From an uncultured bacterium (GTDB lineage Bacteria; Bacteroidota; Ignavibacteria; UBA10030; BY39), in assembly GCA_937967455.1 (NCBI GenBank), contig CALCJK010000009.1:49116-113115 (forward strand): a stretch of 64,000 bases of DNA, in the 5' to 3' direction. This document shows, in pieces, positions 51,553 through 61,090 of the stretch. Within the stretch, counting starts at the first letter, position 1, and the number at the start of each line of letters is the position of its first letter. The notes under the pieces were generated by a model, which saw only the letters and a list, made by a program, of their open reading frames with translations, searched no databases and was not told the origin of the DNA. A program made the position numbers and the translations under genes.

Positions 51553-53985
51553 ATGAAATTGAATTTAAAAAAGTATAAAATTCCAGTCTCAAAACTCAGA
51601 TGGAAATTTAACTCGAAACAATTAAAAATCAAAACTACAAATGATGTGAAGTTTACAAAAGATATTATCGGACAAGAAAGAGCTTTAAGAGCATTGAGGG
51701 TTGGACTTGAAATAAAACATTTTGGATACAATGTGTTTGTTGCAGGATTTTCAGGCACTGGTAGAACAACAACAATAAAGCGTTTGCTCCAGGATTTTCA
51801 AATCAAGAAAGTCCAGCTTTATGATTACTGTTATCTTTATAATTTTGATAACCCTGATCAACCACATTTGATAAAGTTAAAAGCTGGCCAGGGAAATCAA
51901 CTTAAAAAAGATATGAACGATTTTCTGGAGGAATTACTAAAAGATATCCCAGCAATTTTTGAGAGCAGAAGGTATCAAGAAGAACGTAAAAGGATTATTG
52001 AACATTTTCAGAGTCGTCAACGCTCCATTTTAAAGCAATTTGAGGATAAAGTAAAGGCTAAAGGCTTCGAAGTAATACAAGTACAGGTAGGTTCCTCTCT
52101 ACGCCCTGATATTGCACCAGTGATTAATAATAATCCTGTGAATTTTGAGCAAATGGAAGCTTTAATTAGACAGGGAGAAATTTCACAAGAAAAACTTGAT
52201 CAATTAATTCAGGAAAGGAAAAATCTTGAAACACAAATGGAATCCGTCTTCAGGGAAATGCGTAATATCGAAAGAAAATTAAACGAATCCCTTGAGGAAT
52301 TGGGAATCAAATCGGTAATGCCACTACTTAAAGAACATATTAATTTAATATGTGAAAAATATGAGTGTGATAAATTAAGAAAGTTTTTAGATGATCTTGA
52401 GGCATTCGTTCTTTTTAATTTGGAAAAGTTTCTCCCCCAACAGCCTCAACAAACAAATCCTTTTTTACCATCGCGTGAAGAATATGATTTTATAGAATTC
52501 AGGGTTAACGTCATTGTAGATAATTCTAAAACAGAAGGTGTACCCGTAATAATTGAGACCAATCCAAGATTTAGAAATATTTTTGGTACAATCGATAGAG
52601 AGGTGGATCGCAATGGAATCTGGCGCTCAGATTTTACTATGATAAAAGCTGGCTCGCTGCTAAAAGCTAATGGTGGATACCTAATTCTGAATGCCCTTGA
52701 TACCTTAGTTGAACCTGGTGTATGGCAGACTTTAAAACGAACTTTGAGAAATCAATTACTTGAGATACAATCGGTTGAATCTGGATTATTTGGAACTTCC
52801 TCAACTATTAAACCGGAACCAATTGAACTTGATGTAAAAGTAGTTATGATTGGAGATGTCTATATATATGATATTCTTTATGTAGCAGATGAAGATTTTA
52901 AGAAGATATTTAAGATACGTGCAGACTTTGATGTAGAGATGCCAAGAAATAACACAACAATAAAAAAGTATATTAGCTTTATCAAAATGATTTGTGAAGA
53001 AGAAAATTTGTTGCCCTTCGATAAATATGCTATTGCAGAAGTTATAGAATTTGGTGTCCGCCTTGCTGGCAGACAAAATAAATTGTCAACTCGATTTAAT
53101 ATTATTGCTGATATTCTAAGAGAGTCTAACTTCTGGGCAAAGAATGATTCATCAAATGTAATTAAACCTGTTCATGTAAGGCGTGCAATTGATGAAAGAG
53201 CATATAGATTAAAAATGATTGAGGAAAAAATTCAGGAAATGATCGTAGAAGGAACACTAATGATCGATCACAAAGGAAAGGTAGTTGGTCAGGTCAATGG
53301 ATTGTCAGTTTATGATATGGGTGAATATTCATTTGGTAAACCATCTCGAATCACTGTTACAACGGCTATGGGTAAAGCAGGTGTTATCAATATTGAACGC
53401 GAAGCTGAACTAAGTGGACCTACACATAATAAAGGTGTGCTTATATTGAGCGGCTACCTGAGAAGTAAATACGCTCAGAATAAACCACTTGTCATGAGTG
53501 CAAGTATAGCATTTGAACAATCTTACAGTGGCGTCGATGGCGACAGTGCTTCATCAACTGAGGTTTATGCCATACTCTCCAGTTTATCTGGAGTTCCAAT
53601 TCGTCAGGATATTGCAGTTACTGGATCGGTAAATCAAAAAGGTGAAGTTCAACCAATCGGAGGTGTTAATGAAAAGATTGAAGGATTTTATGATATATGT
53701 AAACAAAAAGGATTTACAGGAACTCAAGGTGTTATTATTCCTTTTAAAAATTTATCAGACCTAATGTTACGCCATGACGTAATTGAAGATGTTCAAAAGG
53801 GAAATTTTCATATCTATGCTGTTAAAACAATCGATGAGGGAATCGAAATACTTACTGGTAAACCTGCTGGCAAGAAATTACCAGACGGTAGTTATCCTAA
53901 AGGTACTATTCATTATTTGGTTGATAAAAAATTAACAGAATATGCAAAGAAGTGGAAAGAAATTGAAGCAGCTGAGGAAGAATGA
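51553..53985 (+). CDS. LonC-type Lon protease (S16)
   Basis: Degenerate Walker A GFSGTGRTT, GSLLKANGG, GDSAS..GGVNEK Ser-Lys dyad. Confidence 0.9.
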   Translation: MKLNLKKYKIPVSKLRWKFNSKQLKIKTTNDVKFTKDIIGQERALRALRVGLEIKHFGYNVFVAGFSGTGRTTTIKRLLQDFQIKKVQLYDYCYLYNFDNPDQPHLIKLKAGQGNQLKKDMNDFLEELLKDIPAIFESRRYQEERKRIIEHFQSRQRSILKQFEDKVKAKGFEVIQVQVGSSLRPDIAPVINNNPVNFEQMEALIRQGEISQEKLDQLIQERKNLETQMESVFREMRNIERKLNESLEELGIKSVMPLLKEHINLICEKYECDKLRKFLDDLEAFVLFNLEKFLPQQPQQTNPFLPSREEYDFIEFRVNVIVDNSKTEGVPVIIETNPRFRNIFGTIDREVDRNGIWRSDFTMIKAGSLLKANGGYLILNALDTLVEPGVWQTLKRTLRNQLLEIQSVESGLFGTSSTIKPEPIELDVKVVMIGDVYIYDILYVADEDFKKIFKIRADFDVEMPRNNTTIKKYISFIKMICEEENLLPFDKYAIAEVIEFGVRLAGRQNKLSTRFNIIADILRESNFWAKNDSSNVIKPVHVRRAIDERAYRLKMIEEKIQEMIVEGTLMIDHKGKVVGQVNGLSVYDMGEYSFGKPSRITVTTAMGKAGVINIEREAELSGPTHNKGVLILSGYLRSKYAQNKPLVMSASIAFEQSYSGVDGDSASSTEVYAILSSLSGVPIRQDIAVTGSVNQKGEVQPIGGVNEKIEGFYDICKQKGFTGTQGVIIPFKNLSDLMLRHDVIEDVQKGNFHIYAVKTIDEGIEILTGKPAGKKLPDGSYPKGTIHYLVDKKLTEYAKKWKEIEAAEEE

Positions 53986-54938
53986 AAATAGGATTTGTAT
54001 ATAACGATAAATTTCTTTTACACAACACTGGTTTATATCATCCAGAGAGACCAGATCGTTTGAAATCTATTATTCAAGCATTGCATAGTTCGAATTTGTG
54101 GCAAAAACTTCAACATCTAAATTTTGAATCTGCCAATATAGAAACTGTTCAAATGGTTCATGGGGATACTCATATTAATTTTGTTAGAGAAACTTGTCTA
54201 AAAGCTCAAAAGTTTGATAATCTCCAACTGCTTGATTCTGGCGATACACCTGTATGCAGAGATTCGTTTGAAATCGCATTACTTGCTGCTGGGGGATGTA
54301 CAGCAGCGATTGATGCAGTAATGACTGGCGTAATAAAAAGAGTATTCTGTGCTGTTAGACCTCCCGGTCATCATGCCGAAAGTAATACACCAATGGGGTT
54401 TTGTTTGTTTAATAATGCTGCTATTGCTGCAAATTATGCCAAAAAAAAATATAATCTCAAAAGGATTTTGATCTTGGATTGGGACGTACATCATGGTAAC
54501 GGTACACAAGAAATATTTTATGATGATGATCAGGTTTTTTATGTAAGTTTACATCAATATCCCTTTTATCCGGGTACTGGCGCTAAAGATGAAATAGGAA
54601 TTGGTAAAGGTGAAGGATATACTCTTAATTGTCCTATGAGAGCAGGAAGTGGTGAAGAAGAATATCTAGAAGCATTTGAAAAATATATTGTGCCTGCATT
54701 TAATCTCTTTCAACCAGAGCTATTCATAATATCTGCTGGATTTGATGCACATAGAAATGATCCACTCGCAAATATTAATTTAACTGAAGAGTCGTTTCGC
54801 AAAATGACAGGGTATATAGTTAAATACGCAAACAAATTTTCACAGGGAAGAATAATATCAATACTTGAAGGAGGATATGACCTTGAGGCATTAAGTAATT
54901 CTGTTAAAGTTCATATTGAAGAATTAATGTCGGATTAA
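53982..54938 (+). CDS. Zn-dependent histone deacetylase-family amidohydrolase
   Basis: HPERPDRL, RPPGHHA, GFC.FNN, DWDVHHGNGT, LEGGY. Confidence 0.95.
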   Translation: MKIGFVYNDKFLLHNTGLYHPERPDRLKSIIQALHSSNLWQKLQHLNFESANIETVQMVHGDTHINFVRETCLKAQKFDNLQLLDSGDTPVCRDSFEIALLAAGGCTAAIDAVMTGVIKRVFCAVRPPGHHAESNTPMGFCLFNNAAIAANYAKKKYNLKRILILDWDVHHGNGTQEIFYDDDQVFYVSLHQYPFYPGTGAKDEIGIGKGEGYTLNCPMRAGSGEEEYLEAFEKYIVPAFNLFQPELFIISAGFDAHRNDPLANINLTEESFRKMTGYIVKYANKFSQGRIISILEGGYDLEALSNSVKVHIEELMSD

Positions 54939-54945
54939 AATATTT

Positions 54946-55998
54946 ATGAGTAAGAAAAAATTAGACACAAATACACTTGACTATACACTAACAGGTATTT
55001 CGGTTCCGAAAAATTTTCTTGAATATTCTCTCCTGAGTTTCTCACATGTTTTTCGAGTAATTTCATATCTATTAGGAGTCTCAATAGTTGTTTATATAGC
55101 AGCTGCCGTTGTGCCATATTTCCAAGGATATGAAAATTATCCAGCTTTGAAGTTTTTGGATCAAATCATGATACAGACCGTTTATTTATTAAATACTCAG
55201 ATTCCGACGAAAATCGGAAAATTCGATGCTTCTATATGGATTATTATTATCGGATTATTAATTCTTAAAGGGACTTTTGAAAGAAATTCAGAAAGATTGA
55301 GAGATAAGAGTTATTTAATGCATTTCAGAAGAAAATATGAAGTCTGGAAAAAACAACAATCACTTAAAAAAGGCTCAAAGCTAACCCATAAACTAGACGA
55401 TGCGTTAAACAATCTAGAAAATGCTAAACCTAAAGATAGGGAAGAAATTTTAAGACAATTTATAGAAACAAAAAGAAAATTGGATGCAATGGGAAGAGAT
55501 TTAGCATTTTTATCTATTGATGTTGTTGATTCTACAAAGATGAAAGAAGGTGAGGAAAAAGCTTTTGTTGAACATGACTTTAAAGAATTTAAAAGATTCG
55601 TAGAAGGTGTTCTAATTAATAATAATGTAATGAAAACAGCCTGGACACCTGATGGTGTTATGGCTTGTTTTGAAAAGGTAGATGAAGCAGTTAAAGCGGG
55701 TAGAGAAGTAATTATTGGACTTGAGGCTTTTAATAAAAATATAAAAACAATAAAGAGTGATTTTTCAGTTAGGGCTGGAGTTAATTCTGGTTTTGTTTAT
55801 TATGATGAAGAACTTCCACTTGAAGAGATTGCTGATCGCGTTATAGACATTGCAGGCCATTTCCAGAAACATGCACGACCTAATGCTATTTGGATAGCAA
55901 AACCATCCATTGAGCCGCTTGCCACACGCAATGGTTTCCACCCTATCAACGAAGTAGTTGATGGCTACGAAGTATATGAGTGGAGAAAGAGTGAATAA
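54946..55998 (+). CDS. Membrane protein with divergent class III nucleotidyl cyclase domain
   Basis: 2 TM, helical linker, FLSIDVVDST, PDGVMACF, VRAGVNSG, VIDIAGH. Confidence 0.8.
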   Translation: MSKKKLDTNTLDYTLTGISVPKNFLEYSLLSFSHVFRVISYLLGVSIVVYIAAAVVPYFQGYENYPALKFLDQIMIQTVYLLNTQIPTKIGKFDASIWIIIIGLLILKGTFERNSERLRDKSYLMHFRRKYEVWKKQQSLKKGSKLTHKLDDALNNLENAKPKDREEILRQFIETKRKLDAMGRDLAFLSIDVVDSTKMKEGEEKAFVEHDFKEFKRFVEGVLINNNVMKTAWTPDGVMACFEKVDEAVKAGREVIIGLEAFNKNIKTIKSDFSVRAGVNSGFVYYDEELPLEEIADRVIDIAGHFQKHARPNAIWIAKPSIEPLATRNGFHPINEVVDGYEVYEWRKSE

Positions 55999-56011
55999 AT
56001 CAAATATTTAG

Positions 56012-56428
56012 TTATTGTGTAGCTTGTTCCTGTTTTCCATATATTGCTGCAACAATAATTCCTAAAATTATATACTGGAGCATTCCATAAATAAACCATT
56101 GCACAGCAACAGAATAAGGGATTGGAATCATTACATATGTTGCATATGCCATTGGTACCGACATTAAGAAACCAATGTAGATTCCATACCTAACACCTTC
56201 AATTATTCCTTTTCCTGTGTAACCCTTTGAAAAAATCAAGACGAAGAAAAATGAAGTAATTAGATAAACAATGTAATATATCCACATTTTTGCTTGCATG
56301 TCGGTTCGCCAGATGTTTTTCATTTCGTCTGATTGATATGTAGGCCCAAGTATTAGACTATGGATTATTGCATTGAGAATTACCATTGCGATGAAAACAG
56401 CGATAAAAGATATCCAAAATTTCTTCAT
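56012..56428 (-). CDS. Small 4-TM hypothetical membrane protein
   Basis: Four hydrophobic segments, EGVRYG; AAGGGG SD; TTGATA-17-TATATT promoter at 56501-56473. Confidence 0.8.
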   Translation of the reverse strand: MKKFWISFIAVFIAMVILNAIIHSLILGPTYQSDEMKNIWRTDMQAKMWIYYIVYLITSFFFVLIFSKGYTGKGIIEGVRYGIYIGFLMSVPMAYATYVMIPIPYSVAVQWFIYGMLQYIILGIIVAAIYGKQEQATQ

Positions 56429-56549
56429 AATAACCCCTTTAATTGTTAATATTATTGATGTAGTTTCATCAAAATATAATTACGATGGAATAAATTATCA
56501 AATTTAATTGAATTAAAATTTTAAATATTATCAATTGTATAGAATATAA

Positions 56550-56726
56550 TGGGAATAGCCAATACTTTTAAGAGTTGACTATTCCCACATGTTTTAAGCT
56601 TATTTGATTGATAAGTATTATTATCGGTCGTAGTTACTTCGTTGCTATTTAAATAAACCCTTGAGGGTAAATTTGTTGCATTTAACTCAACTTCTTGAGT
56701 ATCCTCGATCATAAACTCCTGATCGA
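56550..56726. other. Array of 4-6 adjacent short hairpins (candidate structured RNA or element remnant)
   Basis: Stems at 56550-87, 56657-68, 56685-700, 56705-26; weaker ones at 56599-615 and 56630-48. Confidence 0.35.
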
Positions 56727-56734
56727 TGAAAAAC

Positions 56735-56765
56735 AAAAAAGGATAGCCAAAAAATGGCTATCCTT
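56735..56765 (-). terminator. Intrinsic terminator after the T9SS-CTD remnant
   Basis: AAGGATAGCCA/TGGCTATCCTT stem, minus-strand U-run. Confidence 0.8.
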
Positions 56766-56788
56766 ACTAAATAAAATTATTCAATAAA

Positions 56789-57040
56789 TTATTTTACTAA
56801 AACCACCTTCTTCACATCCCTAAATACATCTGCATTCATCTTCACATAATAAATTCCACTTGGATAATTTCTTGCATTCCACTCAATCAATTTGTATCCT
56901 GCATCCTGGAACTCATCTACAAGTGTTACTACTTCCTGACCAAGTATGTTGAAAACTTTTAGCGTTACTTTACAGTCAACTGGCAATTGATAATGAATAA
57001 CTGTTATCGGGTTGAATGGATTTGGATAATTCTGGTTTAG
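56789..57040 (-). pseudogene. Orphan T9SS type A C-terminal sorting domain (truncated gene)
   Basis: LNQNYPNPFNP..YQLP..VFNILGQEV..SGIYY..KKVVLVK; the upstream in-frame sequence is short and not protein-like. Confidence 0.8.
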
Positions 57041-57410
57041 AATGCCTTGATACTTTGATTTAAAGATAGCGACAAGTGAGGTTAAGATGTTATAATGCTG
57101 TAAATGTAGGAAAATGTCCAAAGAATAATAAAAATAAAAAACTCTCCACAATTGCTTAAATGCCACCGGTAAATCCTATTTATACATTCTTCAATCTTTC
57201 CTATTTAATTTAAATAGGATACCTGAAACACATTCCTGTATGCAATTCTTTCTAATAAAAAATTAATAATACAGGAATTACAATAAAAATATATATTCAT
57301 CATCAATAAAAAGCAAATATTAAATAGGTTAAATTTCTAATCTTAAACATCTTTTGCGAATGCCATCAAAATTTTGTATTTTTATGCAAATTTTAAATAT
57401 TTCTTTCCTA

Positions 57411-58049
57411 ATGCAATTATTTAGTGAATATTTAACATCAATTTTAATAGGTTATTTTTTAGGTTCCTTTCCTACTGCATATCTAATAATTAAATTGGCT
57501 AAAAAAAAAGATATCAGGCAAGAAGGCAGTGGGATTGTTGGCACTATGAATGCATTTGAAGTATCTGAATCAATTGCAATTGGAATTTTTGTACTTATTA
57601 TTGATTTGTTAAAAGGTTCATTGGCAATAGTTTTTATAAATCAAATATTTCCAGAAAGATTTTGGGCAATATTTTTTACAAGTATATTTGTTGTTATTGG
57701 ACATATATTTCCAATATGGTTGAAATTTAAAGGTGGAAGAGGGTTAGCTGTTACTGCCGGTATAATGTTAGTTGTTGGTTGGATATTTATTGTAATCTGG
57801 ATTATTAATTTTGCAGTTAGTTATATAATAAAAAGAGATTTACACTTTTCAAATATAATAGCTACTATTATTAGTCCTATTATACTTTTTATTCTACCAG
57901 AATTTTTATTAAATTATAACATTATACAAATGATTCGAAAGAATGATTTTATAATATTAGCTATTGTTATTTGTGTTTTGTTGCTTATTTCACATAAAGA
58001 TCAGATAATTAAAATTTTAAGAAAGAATAATGGAAAAACTAAATATTGA
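57411..58049 (+). CDS. plsY: Glycerol-3-phosphate acyltransferase PlsY
   Basis: GYFLGSFP, DIRQEGSG..G..N, DLLKG, GHIFPIWLKFKGGRG; start uncertain (57354-57411). Confidence 0.88.
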   Translation: MQLFSEYLTSILIGYFLGSFPTAYLIIKLAKKKDIRQEGSGIVGTMNAFEVSESIAIGIFVLIIDLLKGSLAIVFINQIFPERFWAIFFTSIFVVIGHIFPIWLKFKGGRGLAVTAGIMLVVGWIFIVIWIINFAVSYIIKRDLHFSNIIATIISPIILFILPEFLLNYNIIQMIRKNDFIILAIVICVLLLISHKDQIIKILRKNNGKTKY

Positions 58050-58902
58050 AAAGCTTTACGAGATGGCTCGTCAATTAAGACGGGATGTAATTAAGATGCT
58101 TGTAATTTCGAAATCAGGTCATTCTGGGGGTCCAATTGGACTTGCTGAAATTTTTTCAGCACTTTATTTTAATGTATTAAATATAGATCCGAAAAATCCG
58201 AAATGGGTCGAACGCGATTATTTCTTTTTATCTGCCGGGCATCTTGCTCCTGTATGGTATACAGCTCTGGCACGTGCAGGATATTTTCCACTTGATGAGC
58301 TTGCTACTTTGAGGAAACTACATTCAAGATTACAAGGACATCCGGCACCAGCACATACTCATGGTGCACCAGGTATTGAAGTTGCATCTGGATCACTTGG
58401 ACAAGGTTTGTCGATCGCAGTAGGTTGTGCATTGGGATTACGTCTGGATGCAAAGAAAAATAGAGTATATGTTCTACTCGGTGATGGTGAACTCAATGAA
58501 GGTCAAATCTGGGAAGCTGCTATGACTGCAGCACATCACAGAGTTAGTAATTTAACAGCTATTGTGGATCGTAACGATTGTCAAATTGATAACTATACAC
58601 ACGTAGTAATGAATCTTGAACCGCTTGTTGATAAGTGGAAAGCATTTGGATGGAACGTGATTGAATGTAATGGGCATTCAATAGAAGAATTCCTTGATTC
58701 AGTGGAAAAATCTAAACAATGTAAAGATAAACCTTCTGTAATAATCGCTAAAACTTTTATGGGTAACAATATAAGCTTTATGCATAACAACTATAAATGG
58801 CATGGTGTACCACCCAATGAAGAACAAGCCCGACAAGCTTTGAGCGAGCTATCCCCCACTTCATTTGGTGATTTTATAAAATTTGATTGGGAAAATAATT
58901 AA
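58030..58902 (+). CDS. Transketolase N-terminal subunit
   Basis: SGHSGG, LSAGH, GSLGQG, GDGELNEG. Confidence 0.93.
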   Translation: MEKLNIEKLYEMARQLRRDVIKMLVISKSGHSGGPIGLAEIFSALYFNVLNIDPKNPKWVERDYFFLSAGHLAPVWYTALARAGYFPLDELATLRKLHSRLQGHPAPAHTHGAPGIEVASGSLGQGLSIAVGCALGLRLDAKKNRVYVLLGDGELNEGQIWEAAMTAAHHRVSNLTAIVDRNDCQIDNYTHVVMNLEPLVDKWKAFGWNVIECNGHSIEEFLDSVEKSKQCKDKPSVIIAKTFMGNNISFMHNNYKWHGVPPNEEQARQALSELSPTSFGDFIKFDWENN

Positions 58903-58914
58903 AAGGATATAAAA

Positions 58915-59901
58915 TTGGCTAAATACAAATTGAAAGAAATGAAAGCAACTCGCCTTGGTTTTGGCGAAGCATTGGTTGAAATTGGTCATCAAAATCCAAA
59001 TCTTGTTGTAATTGGTGCAGATGTAACTGGTTCCGTAAGAACAGATCTTTTTAAAAATGCTTTTCCTGAAAGATTCTTCTCTGTTGGAATTGCTGAACAA
59101 GATATGATTGGAACTGCTGCAGGACTTGCTGTTGCTGGTAAGGTCCCAGTTGCATCAACATATGGTGAGTTTGCAACTGGTAGGCCATATGATCAAATAC
59201 GACAATCGGTTGCATATAGCAAATTAAATGTCAAAATTTGTGCATCCCACTGTGGTATAACGGTTGGTCCAGATGGTGCAACTCATCAGGCACTGGAAGA
59301 TATTGCCTTAATGCGAGTATTACCTAATATGATAGTGCTCTCGCCTTCTGATTATATAGAAGCAAAAAAGATGATTAAAGCAGTAATCAATTATAACGGT
59401 CCAGCATATGTTCGATTTTTTAGGGATAATACCCCAGTTTTTAATGATGAAAATGCACCTTTTGAAATAGGGAAATCTATTGAATTAATAGATGGAAATG
59501 ATGTGACAATTATTGCCTGTGGTATTCAGGTTTGGGAATCAATTTTGGCAGCAGAAGAACTTTCTACAGAAGGTGTAAGTGTGCGCGTAATTAATATGCA
59601 TACAATTAAGCCAATTGATAAAAATGGAATAATAAAAGCTGCAAAAGAAACTGGTGCAATTGTTACAGCAGAAGATCATCAAATACATGGTGGCCTAGGT
59701 AGCGCTGTTGCTGAAGTTTTAACTCAAAATTATCCAGTTCCACAAGAATTTGTTGCAATTAAAGACAAATTTGGAGAATCAGGAAACGGAATTGAACTTA
59801 TGAAGTACTATGGAATTTCAAAAGATGGCATAGTTGACGCAGTTAAAAAAGTTTTAAGGAGAAAATCAACAGAAAAAATGGAGTTAAAATATGAAAAATA
59901 A
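58915..59901 (+). CDS. Transketolase C-terminal subunit
   Basis: GIAEQDM, GPDGATHQALED, EDH..GGLGS. Confidence 0.93.
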   Translation: MAKYKLKEMKATRLGFGEALVEIGHQNPNLVVIGADVTGSVRTDLFKNAFPERFFSVGIAEQDMIGTAAGLAVAGKVPVASTYGEFATGRPYDQIRQSVAYSKLNVKICASHCGITVGPDGATHQALEDIALMRVLPNMIVLSPSDYIEAKKMIKAVINYNGPAYVRFFRDNTPVFNDENAPFEIGKSIELIDGNDVTIIACGIQVWESILAAEELSTEGVSVRVINMHTIKPIDKNGIIKAAKETGAIVTAEDHQIHGGLGSAVAEVLTQNYPVPQEFVAIKDKFGESGNGIELMKYYGISKDGIVDAVKKVLRRKSTEKMELKYEK

Positions 59902-61090
59902 ATTTTTTTTGATTTTCACATTATTAGTTGTATTTGGATTTGGTGCATTAGTAGGGAATTCAATAAGTAAAATTGAAGATAAAAGTCTATTAAAAACTAC
60001 TCATGTCTATCAAGAATCCGAGTCAGCTAATTTGCAAGAAGTAGAACAGAAAGAAACTTTAAACACACAGCTATATAATCAACGACAGAATGCCATTACT
60101 CATGCTGTTGCAATTGCAAGTCCAGCAGTGGTTGGAATTAATGTAATTGAAATAAGAGAATACAGGGATCCATGGAGTAGGTTTTTTGGCGACGATCCTT
60201 TTTTTAGACAATTTTTCGGAGATAGAACCTATAGACAAGAAATAAAAGGTCTTGGTTCTGGATTTATTATTTCGCCAGATGGATATATATTGACAAATGA
60301 TCATGTCGCTGGTAATGCAAAACAAATCACTGTTACACTTACGAGTGGTGAAAAATATAATGCTGAATTAATCGGAACAGATATGGTCTCAGATATCGCT
60401 TTGATAAAAATTGATGGAAAAAATTTACCTTATATAAAATTAGGAAACTCAGATGATATAATAATTGGTGAATGGGTAATTGCACTAGGCAATCCGTTTG
60501 GTCTTTTTGAAATAGCAGATAAACCTACCGTAACAGTTGGTGTTGTAAGTGCAACTGGATTGAATCTTAGACCCGAAGGTGGCAGATTTTATCGTGGTAT
60601 GATTCAAACCGATGCTGCAATCAATTCAGGAAACAGCGGCGGACCCCTGATTAATACGCTTGGTGAAGCAATCGGTGTTAATGCTGTTATATTTACTCCT
60701 AATCAGGGTAATGTAGGTGTTGGTTTTGCTATCCCAATTAATAGAGTAAAAAAAATCGTAGATGAATTAAAAGCAAAGGGTAAAATAGAGCGAAATTTCT
60801 ATACAGGTTTAGAAATTCAATCTGTTGATTCAAGGATCGCAAGATATTTTGGGCTTGAAAAAGCTGAAGGTGTGATTGTAAGCGATATAAAACGCGGAAG
60901 TCCAGCAGAAAAAGCCGGCTTAAAAGTTGGTGATATTATTATTGAGATAAATGGTGAAAAAATCTTAAATGAGGATAATGTTATTTCTATTGTTACAGAT
61001 GCTAAAGCAGGTGATATTTTGAGCTTGAAAGTATTAAGAGAGAAAAAATTAATTAATGTTAAACTTAAACTTGAACAAGCTTCCAGATGA
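59891..61090 (+). CDS. HtrA/DegP-like serine protease with one PDZ domain
   Basis: GSGFII..TNDHV, DIALIK, TDAAINSGNSGGPL, PDZ. Confidence 0.94.
   Translation: MKNKFFLIFTLLVVFGFGALVGNSISKIEDKSLLKTTHVYQESESANLQEVEQKETLNTQLYNQRQNAITHAVAIASPAVVGINVIEIREYRDPWSRFFGDDPFFRQFFGDRTYRQEIKGLGSGFIISPDGYILTNDHVAGNAKQITVTLTSGEKYNAELIGTDMVSDIALIKIDGKNLPYIKLGNSDDIIIGEWVIALGNPFGLFEIADKPTVTVGVVSATGLNLRPEGGRFYRGMIQTDAAINSGNSGGPLINTLGEAIGVNAVIFTPNQGNVGVGFAIPINRVKKIVDELKAKGKIERNFYTGLEIQSVDSRIARYFGLEKAEGVIVSDIKRGSPAEKAGLKVGDIIIEINGEKILNEDNVISIVTDAKAGDILSLKVLREKKLINVKLKLEQASR

Noticed and set aside
54946-56428. Pycsar-like cyclase plus TM effector defence system
   Set aside because: The 4-TM gene is convergent, has its own promoter and lacks a cNMP-binding domain; the context is housekeeping
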